DNA of 64,000 nucleotides from a virus. Under the pieces are notes generated by a model. The model worked only from the letters and a program-made list of their open reading frames with translations, was not told where the DNA came from and searched no databases. This document shows, one piece after another, positions 36,007 to 43,930 of the stretch. The DNA lies in IMG/VR virus record IMGVR_UViG_3300009159_000033; one strand, written 5' to 3'. A program made the position numbers and the translations under genes. The number at the start of each line of letters is the position of its first letter. Position 1 is the stretch's first letter.

Positions 36007-36234
36007 ATGAAGATTTTTACTACATATCAAAAAGCAGTAGGCAAATGTCCTAAATGCAAAAGATTCCCCAGATGGTTCAATGATGTACCACTAAGAGCAT
36101 TTTGTTGGGGGCCAACAAAGAAAGAACATGAAGAATGTTCAAGGGTAGTGCCAAGCCCAGAACAACCCTACGGCACTGCAAACAATACTCCATGGATTAT
36201 AAGAAAAGAATTTACAATAATGGAGGAAATATAG
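36007..36234 (+). CDS. hypothetical protein with CxxC
   Basis: RBS aaggag. Confidence 0.55.
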   Translation: MKIFTTYQKAVGKCPKCKRFPRWFNDVPLRAFCWGPTKKEHEECSRVVPSPEQPYGTANNTPWIIRKEFTIMEEI

Positions 36235-36235
36235 C

Positions 36236-36427
36236 ATGACCTACATAGAAAAGCTAACCAGCGAAGACACAGGAGGCGGTGTCATGGTAGATGTAGTCCA
36301 TCTAAAGGATGGAAGATGTCTCGGCATTACAAACGAATGTGTAGTGCTATGCCCAGATTTCGAAGGTGTATTTACAGCCACTGCTGATTTTCCAGCAATC
36401 AATTTAATAGAAGGAAAAGTACCATGA
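36236..36427 (+). CDS. hypothetical protein
   Basis: RBS ggagga. Confidence 0.55.
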   Translation: MTYIEKLTSEDTGGGVMVDVVHLKDGRCLGITNECVVLCPDFEGVFTATADFPAINLIEGKVP

Positions 36428-36624
36428 AGAAGAATGTATCAGCTAAAATCGGAGTTACGGAACCAACAATCCAAAAAACAATGAAGGTGCTGCTCTCTCC
36501 CGAGCAGCATGCCACTGTAACCTTTGCTGCAAACAGCAAAGGGATGCGTGTAGGAGCCTACATGCAAAAAGTAGTAATGGAACAAGCCACGAAAGATTTT
36601 AAAGAAAAAACTAAAGGAGAATAA
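36424..36624 (+). CDS. putative ribbon-helix-helix DNA-binding protein
   Basis: MKVLLSPEQHATVTFAANSKGMRVGAYMQKVV. Confidence 0.45.
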   Translation: MKKNVSAKIGVTEPTIQKTMKVLLSPEQHATVTFAANSKGMRVGAYMQKVVMEQATKDFKEKTKGE

Positions 36625-36626
36625 CT

Positions 36627-36926
36627 ATGACAGAAGAAAAAGAAGAAGAAAAAAGAGTAAAAATCAAATTGCAAGAAAATGTGTTACCAGACCGTTTTAT
36701 GTCCGTGCTGGAATACAAAAACATGGTAGGCAAAATGGAACGAAAAGTCGTTGCTGTTGCCGACTTAATAATCATGGCTAAATATGCTCTTGTAGATTTT
36801 GAGAAAATTCTAAAAGAGTATGAGTTTAGTGGAGAAAAGAAACCTTCAAGCTGGAAACATCCAGCTTGTCAAACAATTGAGCAACTCCGAATAGCAATTC
36901 AAAATGCTGCTTGGTGCTTTGTATGA
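36627..36926 (+). CDS. hypothetical protein
   Basis: RBS aaggag. Confidence 0.55.
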   Translation: MTEEKEEEKRVKIKLQENVLPDRFMSVLEYKNMVGKMERKVVAVADLIIMAKYALVDFEKILKEYEFSGEKKPSSWKHPACQTIEQLRIAIQNAAWCFV

Positions 36927-36938
36927 AAGGTGGTTTAA

Positions 36939-37175
36939 ATGAAAGCAGTTCGATTCTTTAATCTAGGGTCTGGCGGTGGTGGTAGTCAAGAGTTCTGGGT
37001 CAACCCTGCGTTTGTCAAATCGTTCTGGGAAGAAAAGTCAAAGTACTCCACCGCAATTACTTGCATCGAAGTGTCGGGTCCTACTTATCCTAATGGACTT
37101 CTCTGGGTAAAAGAAACACCCAGAGAAGTGGCTAATTTGCTAAACACTCAAATAGGAGAAAAACATGAAGATTGA
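36939..37175 (+). CDS. hypothetical protein (flagellar FlbD-like beta pattern possible)
   Basis: FWVNPAFVKSF...T.I......LWVKETPREVANLL. Confidence 0.45.
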   Translation: MKAVRFFNLGSGGGGSQEFWVNPAFVKSFWEEKSKYSTAITCIEVSGPTYPNGLLWVKETPREVANLLNTQIGEKHED

Positions 37176-37569
37176 TGATGCAATTAAATCTCTAATAGAA
37201 GTGAAGAAAAGAGGTGTTAAGAACATCATCTTTGCTCACTGGGAAGCTGACTTGTTTGACGAAAAAGATGACAAGGATTGGGAAATCATCTGTGAGCACA
37301 TCGACAGCGAAATGGATTGGGGCAATGCTTATGACAACATTGTAAGAGTTATGGATCTAATGCCCACGACAACTGCAGAAAGTATTTACAGTAGGAACCA
37401 ACCTGTTATGGCTTCATTCTTCGATGATCCCAGATATGGGAAACAAAAGAAAGAGCCAGAGCTAGTTGACGATATCCTCAAAGCAATGATGCAAGCGGAA
37501 GGAGTTGACGAATTCCCAAAGAAGATTGAAGACTCTATTCGTGAGCAAATTATTGATGGGTTAACTTAA
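37165..37569 (+). CDS. hypothetical protein
   Basis: RBS aggag; 134 aa. Confidence 0.6.
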   Translation: MKIDDAIKSLIEVKKRGVKNIIFAHWEADLFDEKDDKDWEIICEHIDSEMDWGNAYDNIVRVMDLMPTTTAESIYSRNQPVMASFFDDPRYGKQKKEPELVDDILKAMMQAEGVDEFPKKIEDSIREQIIDGLT

Positions 37570-37588
37570 ATAAAGTACATAATGTAGG

Positions 37589-37625
37589 TAGCCACAAGCT
37601 TAGTTCATTGCTAAACTTGTGGCTA
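37589..37625. other. intergenic hairpin with CACAAG...CTTGTG arms
   Basis: tagccacaag...cttgtggcta; arm ends match the palindromes at 39161 and 39596. Confidence 0.5.
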
Positions 37626-37651
37626 AATGTTTTTTAACTCACAGGTGCTAA

Positions 37652-37963
37652 ATGGAACTACACGGCGGGCCGGTCAAACGTAAACGAAGAAAACCCCCAG
37701 ATCAACTCTGGGTGCAATTCATGTCTGACGACGAAAAAGAGAAAGACAGAATTGAACAATGTCAAACTATCTCGTTGTCAGATGTTGGACTGCCTGTCCG
37801 TGTAGCTAACACGCTAGAAAACTATGGGCTATTGACTGTAGGGGATCTAGCTAAGCTAACTGTGGAAGACTTAGAAAGCATTCAAAATCTTGGAGAAGTT
37901 ACTATTGCACGCTGCACTAAGCTGTTAGATGAAATGCAGATACCCCATCGCCTTGGAGAATAA
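37652..37963 (+). CDS. stand-alone RNA polymerase alpha subunit C-terminal domain protein
   Basis: SLSDVGLPVRVANTLENYGLLTVGDLAKLTVEDLESIQNLGEVT matches alpha-CTD (LSVRS.NCL...I.T.GDL...L..I.NLG.KS). Confidence 0.85.
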   Translation: MELHGGPVKRKRRKPPDQLWVQFMSDDEKEKDRIEQCQTISLSDVGLPVRVANTLENYGLLTVGDLAKLTVEDLESIQNLGEVTIARCTKLLDEMQIPHRLGE

Positions 37964-37973
37964 GGAAATACAC

Positions 37974-38744
37974 ATGAGCGAAATCTTAGTAGTAATTCCC
38001 ACTATCTTTAAAAACTCTTTTAAAGACAACCTATTAGATCAGCTGTGTGGTGACTCTTTAGTCAAACAAGTAGTAGTAGTAGATAATGGAAACTGTTTTG
38101 AGATACCTCCAGAAAAACAACAAGCATGGGCTAAAGTGCAACGTGTAGAAGCTGGCTGCAACTTAAACTGGCTTACCTCTTGTAACCTTGGAGCTGCTAT
38201 CACAATAGCACAACAAATTCCCTATGTCTGCTTCTTGAACGATGATGTTAAACTTTCAAATCCGTTTTTTAAAGAAATGTTAAAAACTTTTACTAACTGT
38301 AAAGATGCAGCAGTTGTAGTACCTAGGTATACTGGGTATTGTCCTACTGCAAAAGAACTTCGTAACGAAGCAGACTGGAAACCAGAGGAAAAAGAAAAAG
38401 TAGTAGGTTATGTAGATGGAACTTGCATGTTAATATCTTTGCAAACGCTTCAAACTATAGGGTTACTAGATCCAAGCTTTCAACCACCTGGCTGGGGAGC
38501 AGATCAAGATTATTCCTACAGAGTCAAATGCAAAGGCAAATCACTTTATGTTAGTTATCGTGCCATGCTTTGGCATGGAGAAGAAAACAAAGAAAAAGAT
38601 AACCGAGTTTATGGCGGCACTTCTGCTACAAAATTATATGGAAGTAAAGCTAATTGGCTATCTGCAGGCTGCCGACAAATGAATCATGATATGGATAAAA
38701 AGTATGGTAAAGACTGGAAAAGAATTCTTGAAATACAAGAATAA
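37974..38744 (+). CDS. glycosyltransferase family 2
   Basis: ILVVIPT, VVVVDNG, FLNDDV, DGTCML...IGLLD..F...WGADQDYSYR. Confidence 0.8.
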   Translation: MSEILVVIPTIFKNSFKDNLLDQLCGDSLVKQVVVVDNGNCFEIPPEKQQAWAKVQRVEAGCNLNWLTSCNLGAAITIAQQIPYVCFLNDDVKLSNPFFKEMLKTFTNCKDAAVVVPRYTGYCPTAKELRNEADWKPEEKEKVVGYVDGTCMLISLQTLQTIGLLDPSFQPPGWGADQDYSYRVKCKGKSLYVSYRAMLWHGEENKEKDNRVYGGTSATKLYGSKANWLSAGCRQMNHDMDKKYGKDWKRILEIQE

Positions 38745-38766
38745 AACTAAAAGAAAGGAAAACATA

Positions 38767-39117
38767 ATGCGGAAAGACTACACAAAAGGTTTTAACAAAG
38801 GTAAGCAAAAGATTTGTCAGTATATCAAACAGCTTGGTAGTGTTTGTGACATAGACATACAAAAGGCGACAGGGCTAACTAAAGCAACGGTATTAATATA
38901 TCGGAGTCAGTTAGTTCAAGCAGGGATAATTGAAAGGCATATGTCTACAATTAGAGCGGGTAAAACCAGACCTGCATGGAGAATGAAAGCAGATATACCT
39001 AAGTTGGCAGTAATTACCGCCAAAGTTAAAACCCAACCTAAATCAGAAATTCAAACAAGTATAAAGCTACTTCATCAAATTCTTAATTTAATTGAAAAAG
39101 AAATTTTAAAACTGTAG
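38767..39117 (+). CDS. winged helix-turn-helix protein
   Basis: KICQYIKQLGSVCDIDIQKATGLTKATVLIYRSQLVQAGIIER. Confidence 0.6.
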   Translation: MRKDYTKGFNKGKQKICQYIKQLGSVCDIDIQKATGLTKATVLIYRSQLVQAGIIERHMSTIRAGKTRPAWRMKADIPKLAVITAKVKTQPKSEIQTSIKLLHQILNLIEKEILKL

Positions 39118-39152
39118 ACATTGATACATATCGTCCTACAATATGTATCAAT
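39115..39152 (+). promoter_or_regulatory. sigma70-like promoter overlapped by a palindromic operator
   Basis: TAGACA-N16-TACAAT; ATTGATACATA...TATGTATCAAT inverted repeat at 39120-39152. Confidence 0.5.
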
Positions 39153-39156
39153 AACC

Positions 39157-39627
39157 ACAACACAAGTTCACAACTTTGTGAACTTGTGGTATTCTACACT
39201 AAAGTGTAGAGAAGAACACCCGTAGGAAAGTGTTCTTCTCTAATTAACAAAATTGAAAGCAAACTAAGGCCAGTGCTAAGAAGAAGGCGACTCTTTTTCG
39301 ATGTGTGTTGCCCCTTGAGATCCGGCACTGGCTTTAGCTTTAAACCTAACGAGGAGAACCAATGGAAAACAAAGAACTAGAAGACGGAGACTATGTCCTA
39401 ACCAATCAGGCAGGTTGGTTTACTGTAAAAGGATTTTCAATAAGAATCCACGCAACCGACGAAGGAGTAGCGGTGGATGTGTATGTGAATGGAAAGGAAA
39501 CAGACGGCCCCATCTCGAGCGCGTATGGGTTAGACGTGGAGGCGGATGTGCGTGAGTTGGCTTAGCTATTGTTCTACTCTCTTAGAGTAGAATACCACAA
39601 GTTCACAACTTTGTGAACTTGTGTTGT
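39157..39627. repeat. 41 bp inverted repeats (39157-39197, 39587-39627), each containing the same 28 bp palindrome, flanking one small ORF
   Basis: CACAAGTTCACAACTTTGTGAACTTGTG at 39161-39188 and 39596-39623; the flanks ACAA/TTGT and GTATTCTAC/GTAGAATAC are reverse complements. Confidence 0.8.
39362..39565 (+). CDS. hypothetical protein inside the inverted-repeat cassette
   Basis: RBS gaggag; 67 aa. Confidence 0.65.
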   Translation: MENKELEDGDYVLTNQAGWFTVKGFSIRIHATDEGVAVDVYVNGKETDGPISSAYGLDVEADVRELA

Positions 39628-39647
39628 AACTTACTAAAGGAAAACAT

Positions 39648-39845
39648 ATGGAACTACGCTACAAGATTATTCGGTTTTACTCTAAAGGAGGGGCTAGAAC
39701 GCTGCATCGAGGGTTAACTCTTGAGCAAGCCCAAAAGCATTGCTCTGACCCAGAGACAAGTTCTAAGACGGCTGTGCTGCCGCTTGCAAAAGCTAGAACA
39801 GCAAAGGTTGGAGATTGGTTTGAAGGTTATGAAGTGGACGCTTGA
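39648..39845 (+). CDS. hypothetical protein
   Basis: RBS aaagga; YKIIRFY...GLTLEQAQKHCSDPETSS. Confidence 0.65.
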   Translation: MELRYKIIRFYSKGGARTLHRGLTLEQAQKHCSDPETSSKTAVLPLAKARTAKVGDWFEGYEVDA

Positions 39846-39858
39846 ACAGGAGATTGAT

Positions 39859-40092
39859 ATGACTGAGTGGAAAACTGAAGAAGAAGTAGTTAATGGGGTT
39901 AAACATGTTACTCACCGCTTTAAATATTCTAAAACTGTTTACCCCACTATTTTCGAGCGTGGCAACATTGCTGGGGTTACTTTGATGATTAATGGGTATC
40001 AGTTTAAATGTAAATCAGTAGAAGATGCCAAGATTGAAGCTGAAGACCGATTGCGGACAAACAGAGGCATCTATTTGCAGTCTTCTAACTAA
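39859..40092 (+). CDS. hypothetical protein
   Basis: ATG 39859 after aggag. Confidence 0.55.
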   Translation: MTEWKTEEEVVNGVKHVTHRFKYSKTVYPTIFERGNIAGVTLMINGYQFKCKSVEDAKIEAEDRLRTNRGIYLQSSN

Positions 40093-40108
40093 CAGGAGGG
40101 GTAAGGGT

Positions 40109-40423
40109 ATGCTTAAGACTAAGAAGCGAGAAAAGCTGTTTAAAGCGGTAGACAAGTTTGTGTCAAAATACATTGATACAAAAACCTATACGGCTGAACA
40201 GTGGGAAGAGAAAGAAAAGGATATGGCGTTTGGAGAAGTGGTGTTTGTTGCAGAAGGGCTATTGTACCATTTGTTAAATGGGGGCAATGGGGAAAAAGAG
40301 TGGGCTAAGTTGGATAAGATAGCTGCGGATCATGGGTGCCACATTGAGCAAGGCTTTCATTGGTCCTGGCATTTCTGTGATAGTCAAAATTTAGAAAGAG
40401 AAAGAAACAGTAAACATGAATAA
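40109..40423 (+). CDS. hypothetical protein
   Basis: ATG 40109. Confidence 0.55.
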   Translation: MLKTKKREKLFKAVDKFVSKYIDTKTYTAEQWEEKEKDMAFGEVVFVAEGLLYHLLNGGNGEKEWAKLDKIAADHGCHIEQGFHWSWHFCDSQNLERERNSKHE

Positions 40424-40757
40424 TTACATTGCCTTATTGCAAGATGATAAGGCTGTAAACAATAGGCTAGGGTATCACGCAAAGATTACAGACATACTTC
40501 GTAACTGGGATAAGGATTTAAAGCAGTTTTGTAAACACTTAACTGACAATAAATTTCCTATTGGTTATACGCTTTTTGTTCCTGACTTTTTTGCTATAAC
40601 CTTTGGAACTTCGCAAGTGCTTTGCCCAAAAGAAATAGCTTTCTTATGGCGAAGCATTGCTGAAGTTAGCAAAGTGTTAAAGTTTCAGAAGGAACAGAAT
40701 CAAATAACAGCAGTACAAGTTTACAAACCTTATTTAGGCACACAGTTTATTTGGTAA
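40416..40757 (+). CDS. hypothetical protein
   Basis: Coupled ORF. Confidence 0.5.
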   Translation: MNNYIALLQDDKAVNNRLGYHAKITDILRNWDKDLKQFCKHLTDNKFPIGYTLFVPDFFAITFGTSQVLCPKEIAFLWRSIAEVSKVLKFQKEQNQITAVQVYKPYLGTQFIW

Positions 40758-41581
40758 CAGAAAGACTTATCATGGACGATCCGAACATTGTTGAAGCAGT
40801 TAATTCTATTAAAGGCGTGGTTAAACATCAGTTGCAAGATAAAGGGGAAAACACTGCGTTATCACTTTTACGCTATTGTGTTTTAAACGCATTACCAAAT
40901 ACGCACAGCTCGGATATGGCTCGCACGCAAATACTGCAGAAGAATCTGCGTAATCAGTACTATCGATTAATGCACCAATATCCAGAAAACAAGTACGCTT
41001 ACACCTATGCTTTAAACTGTTGTCCTGTTGGTTTTTTGATAGAGCCTATCACTCGCTTTTGTAACAATCCAAAAGCTTGTCCTTGGTGTTTTGTGCGTAG
41101 GCGGCTGTATCCTATTTACTTGGCTTTAAATCGTATCCCTAGAGCAATAAGGCAACCTTGTAAAGTCATAGCTTGGCAGCGTACCAAAATCTGGAATTTA
41201 CAAGAATTACCTTTCTTTCGTTCTGACTATGGCCCGCATCAGTGGTGCTCTGCTTTGGCTACTGTTCAACTGTGCGTTCCATTTGTAGACAAAGGTAACC
41301 TACAAGTACGGCATGCAGGTATTCAAATTGTACCGGCAGATTGTGACATTCGTAAGCAACTGACTAGGCTTGCCGTACAGCCTAGTTTAACTTTTACAAC
41401 TTTTAAAGGAGGTACTAACACTAACATCGTTAAAGCAATGGCGACAGTTTTGCGTGTTCCTTGGGCAACTTTGTTTGCTTCTGAAAATCTGCAAAGTTTT
41501 GTTTCGTTATTGACTAGATCTGACGCTCATTTATTACGCATTACTAAATACAAACAAAGAGGAGACATCGATGGAAATTAA
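40751..41581 (+). CDS. hypothetical protein with a Rep-like Cys cluster
   Basis: LNCC...TRFCNNPKACPWCFVRR recalls the Zn motif of rolling-circle Rep proteins. Confidence 0.4.
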   Translation: MVTERLIMDDPNIVEAVNSIKGVVKHQLQDKGENTALSLLRYCVLNALPNTHSSDMARTQILQKNLRNQYYRLMHQYPENKYAYTYALNCCPVGFLIEPITRFCNNPKACPWCFVRRRLYPIYLALNRIPRAIRQPCKVIAWQRTKIWNLQELPFFRSDYGPHQWCSALATVQLCVPFVDKGNLQVRHAGIQIVPADCDIRKQLTRLAVQPSLTFTTFKGGTNTNIVKAMATVLRVPWATLFASENLQSFVSLLTRSDAHLLRITKYKQRGDIDGN

Positions 41582-42116
41582 TTCACCCCCATATCCCAAG
41601 AACAGCGGCAGCCCACGAGACTTATTCTTCAATCTAACAGAATTATATCAGTGGGCTGCAGAGCAGTTTGACTGGGCTAATGAAGAAGCTATTCGTTTAA
41701 ATGCTCCCGAAACTCCTTTTATTAGGAAGATGGGGCAAGAGCCCTTGCCAACGGATGCATCTATAAACCAGTTTACACGGCTGGCTGTACCCGATATGTT
41801 TATGTCGTGGCAAGCTCTAAGACGCATCCGTGAAAAGTACGATGCTATCGTGCGGAACTATGAAGAGGAAGATGAATGGAATTCAGATGCGTGTGTGTTT
41901 CACCGCATCACAACAGTAAAGGCAGCTGCACTGCTGCTGTCCGTAGCATTTCTTGACTTTGAGAGGCGGGAAGCCAAAGGTATGGAATTGGCTAAAAAGA
42001 CAAGGAAAGAGTTTTTTAAATGGCTTAAAGGTGCTCTTGGAGAGTTAAGCCACATTCAAGGAGGAAATGATAATGACGAAATCGACTTCGATAGCTTCCA
42101 AGGGGAAGAAGACTAG
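41571..42116 (+). CDS. hypothetical protein
   Basis: RBS gaggag; 181 aa. Confidence 0.6.
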   Translation: MEINSPPYPKNSGSPRDLFFNLTELYQWAAEQFDWANEEAIRLNAPETPFIRKMGQEPLPTDASINQFTRLAVPDMFMSWQALRRIREKYDAIVRNYEEEDEWNSDACVFHRITTVKAAALLLSVAFLDFERREAKGMELAKKTRKEFFKWLKGALGELSHIQGGNDNDEIDFDSFQGEED

Positions 42117-42396
42117 GACTAGCGTTTGTCGTATGCATGTGTCTCGGGCAGACATGCGTAGCAACATTAGAAGCGGTAAAGATGATCCGGTGATTGCGGT
42201 GCATAGACGAGGTCGCAGTTTGCGTGGCAATTTAGTGATCATATACGATAAGCTAGGTAACGAGGTTGCACGCATTGTGCAGAGTATGGACAAGCCTTTG
42301 AAGAATGGAGCTAGAATTTGGATTGAGACGCATGAGACTGTAGCTTTGTTTTACACTGATGGCGATGCAGTAGTATCTGAGTTATTGGACCGCTGA
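42067..42396 (+). CDS. conserved phage hypothetical protein
   Basis: HVSR...DPVIAV...KPL.NGARIWIET. Confidence 0.6.
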   Translation: MIMTKSTSIASKGKKTRTSVCRMHVSRADMRSNIRSGKDDPVIAVHRRGRSLRGNLVIIYDKLGNEVARIVQSMDKPLKNGARIWIETHETVALFYTDGDAVVSELLDR

Positions 42397-42758
42397 CTAA
42401 TGTGATTCATTTTGCAGTCACTAAATTCAGGTTGTCCGGCCAACATGGTAATCTTGTTTTTAATGGCAACTCGAATGCAATTTAAATTCCGGATTTTAAT
42501 AGCTCGTTTACCTATTTCAGCTAGCCCTAGTATGTCGTCTAGCCCTTTGCGTATGTCGTGTTCTGCGTCCCACATTTGTCCGTTGATATCAAGCAACGCA
42601 GCAATCAAATCGCAGATTTTGGAATCGTTATGATCAATCCCAGTTTCATAGTATGCAATTTGTTTTCGTAATAAAGTTTTGTTTAGTTCTTCAGCTGGCA
42701 ATCGTTGCAGTTTTAACTTTGCAATGGTAAGACGATCACATAGCTCGCAAATGGGCAT
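42351..42758 (-). CDS. DUF6165-like protein
   Basis: MPICELCDRLTIAKLK...LLDINGQMWDAEHDIRK...RVAIKNKI; lone minus-strand gene. Confidence 0.55.
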   Translation of the reverse strand: MPICELCDRLTIAKLKLQRLPAEELNKTLLRKQIAYYETGIDHNDSKICDLIAALLDINGQMWDAEHDIRKGLDDILGLAEIGKRAIKIRNLNCIRVAIKNKITMLAGQPEFSDCKMNHISQRSNNSDTTASPSV

Positions 42759-42800
42759 GGCAACTATCTGTACATTATTTTTTAACATAAGGAGTATCTC

Positions 42801-43922
42801 ATGAATATCTTAGTAACAAGTGACCTTCACCTCAGCAATCGAGTCTGGACTCATCGCCCTATCGAGGGAGATAGTTATTATGCGTGGGACCAGATTGTAA
42901 CGCTAGCCCTCGACAATGGAGTCGAGGCAGTCATACTTGCAGGAGACATCCTTGACAAACAGGTCAATGTCTCAGAACCCATTCACAAGCTTTTGGAGGG
43001 TGTCCGTAAACTAACGGAAACGGGTATTAAGGTTTATTATAACCAAGGGCAGCATGAGTATCAAGAAAGCCCATGGCTACAAGCAGCTACTAAGGCTGTT
43101 TGGCTTCACGAACAAAGCACATCTTTTGACGGCTGGCAAATTGCTGGATGCGATTACCAGAACAATGAAGAGAATTTAAAACAATTTCTCAAAAGTGATT
43201 TAGCAAAAGAGTCTTCTATACTTGTTTGCCATCAAGTGTGGCGAGACTTTATGGGAGACATGGCTAAACCACAAGGGTGTTTCAATGACATCCCTCCAAA
43301 TGTAAAGTATCTAATCACTGGTGATTACCATATGAATTTGATTCATCACCATGGTGATCTTACTGTGCTCAGTCCTGGCAGCACGCACATGCGTAGTATC
43401 TCAGAGCCCGTGGATAAGAAAGTATTTTTAATTAAGAATTACGATAAAAAATACAATACAACAGAGAAGCTTATAATAGAAACTCTGCCTTTGTATAGCC
43501 GTAGGTGCATTCGTTTGAATGCAACTACAGCAAAAGGTTCTTGGGAAGTATTAAGATTAATGGCAGAAAAAGAATTAGCTACAGCTGCAGCTTATGCGGA
43601 AGACAACGCAATACCCGCAGAAATCGCAATGCCTTTGCTGCACCTATTACATACCTCTAGTGACATCGAGTTGGTAGGTAGATTTAAACAACACTTTGAA
43701 TCCAAAGCTCATTTGTTTTTCAAACAAAAAGAAAACAAACAATTTGAAGTAGAAGAACAAGGTGTTCAAGTTGTCGCTGGGGATCGCATAGGCATGATGC
43801 AATGCGTAGACGCTTGTATAAGCAAATCAGAAAAGCCTTTAGTTCATGATTTAGTGTTAACGCTTTTACAAAGCCCTGACCCTGAACAAGCATTACAACA
43901 GTGGGTTAAATCCCATGCTTAG
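42801..43922 (+). CDS. sbcD: Mre11/SbcD-like metallophosphoesterase nuclease
   Basis: SDLHL, AGDILD, GQHE, GDYH, PGS motifs. Confidence 0.85.
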   Translation: MNILVTSDLHLSNRVWTHRPIEGDSYYAWDQIVTLALDNGVEAVILAGDILDKQVNVSEPIHKLLEGVRKLTETGIKVYYNQGQHEYQESPWLQAATKAVWLHEQSTSFDGWQIAGCDYQNNEENLKQFLKSDLAKESSILVCHQVWRDFMGDMAKPQGCFNDIPPNVKYLITGDYHMNLIHHHGDLTVLSPGSTHMRSISEPVDKKVFLIKNYDKKYNTTEKLIIETLPLYSRRCIRLNATTAKGSWEVLRLMAEKELATAAAYAEDNAIPAEIAMPLLHLLHTSSDIELVGRFKQHFESKAHLFFKQKENKQFEVEEQGVQVVAGDRIGMMQCVDACISKSEKPLVHDLVLTLLQSPDPEQALQQWVKSHA

Positions 43923-43930
43923 GAGTTACC

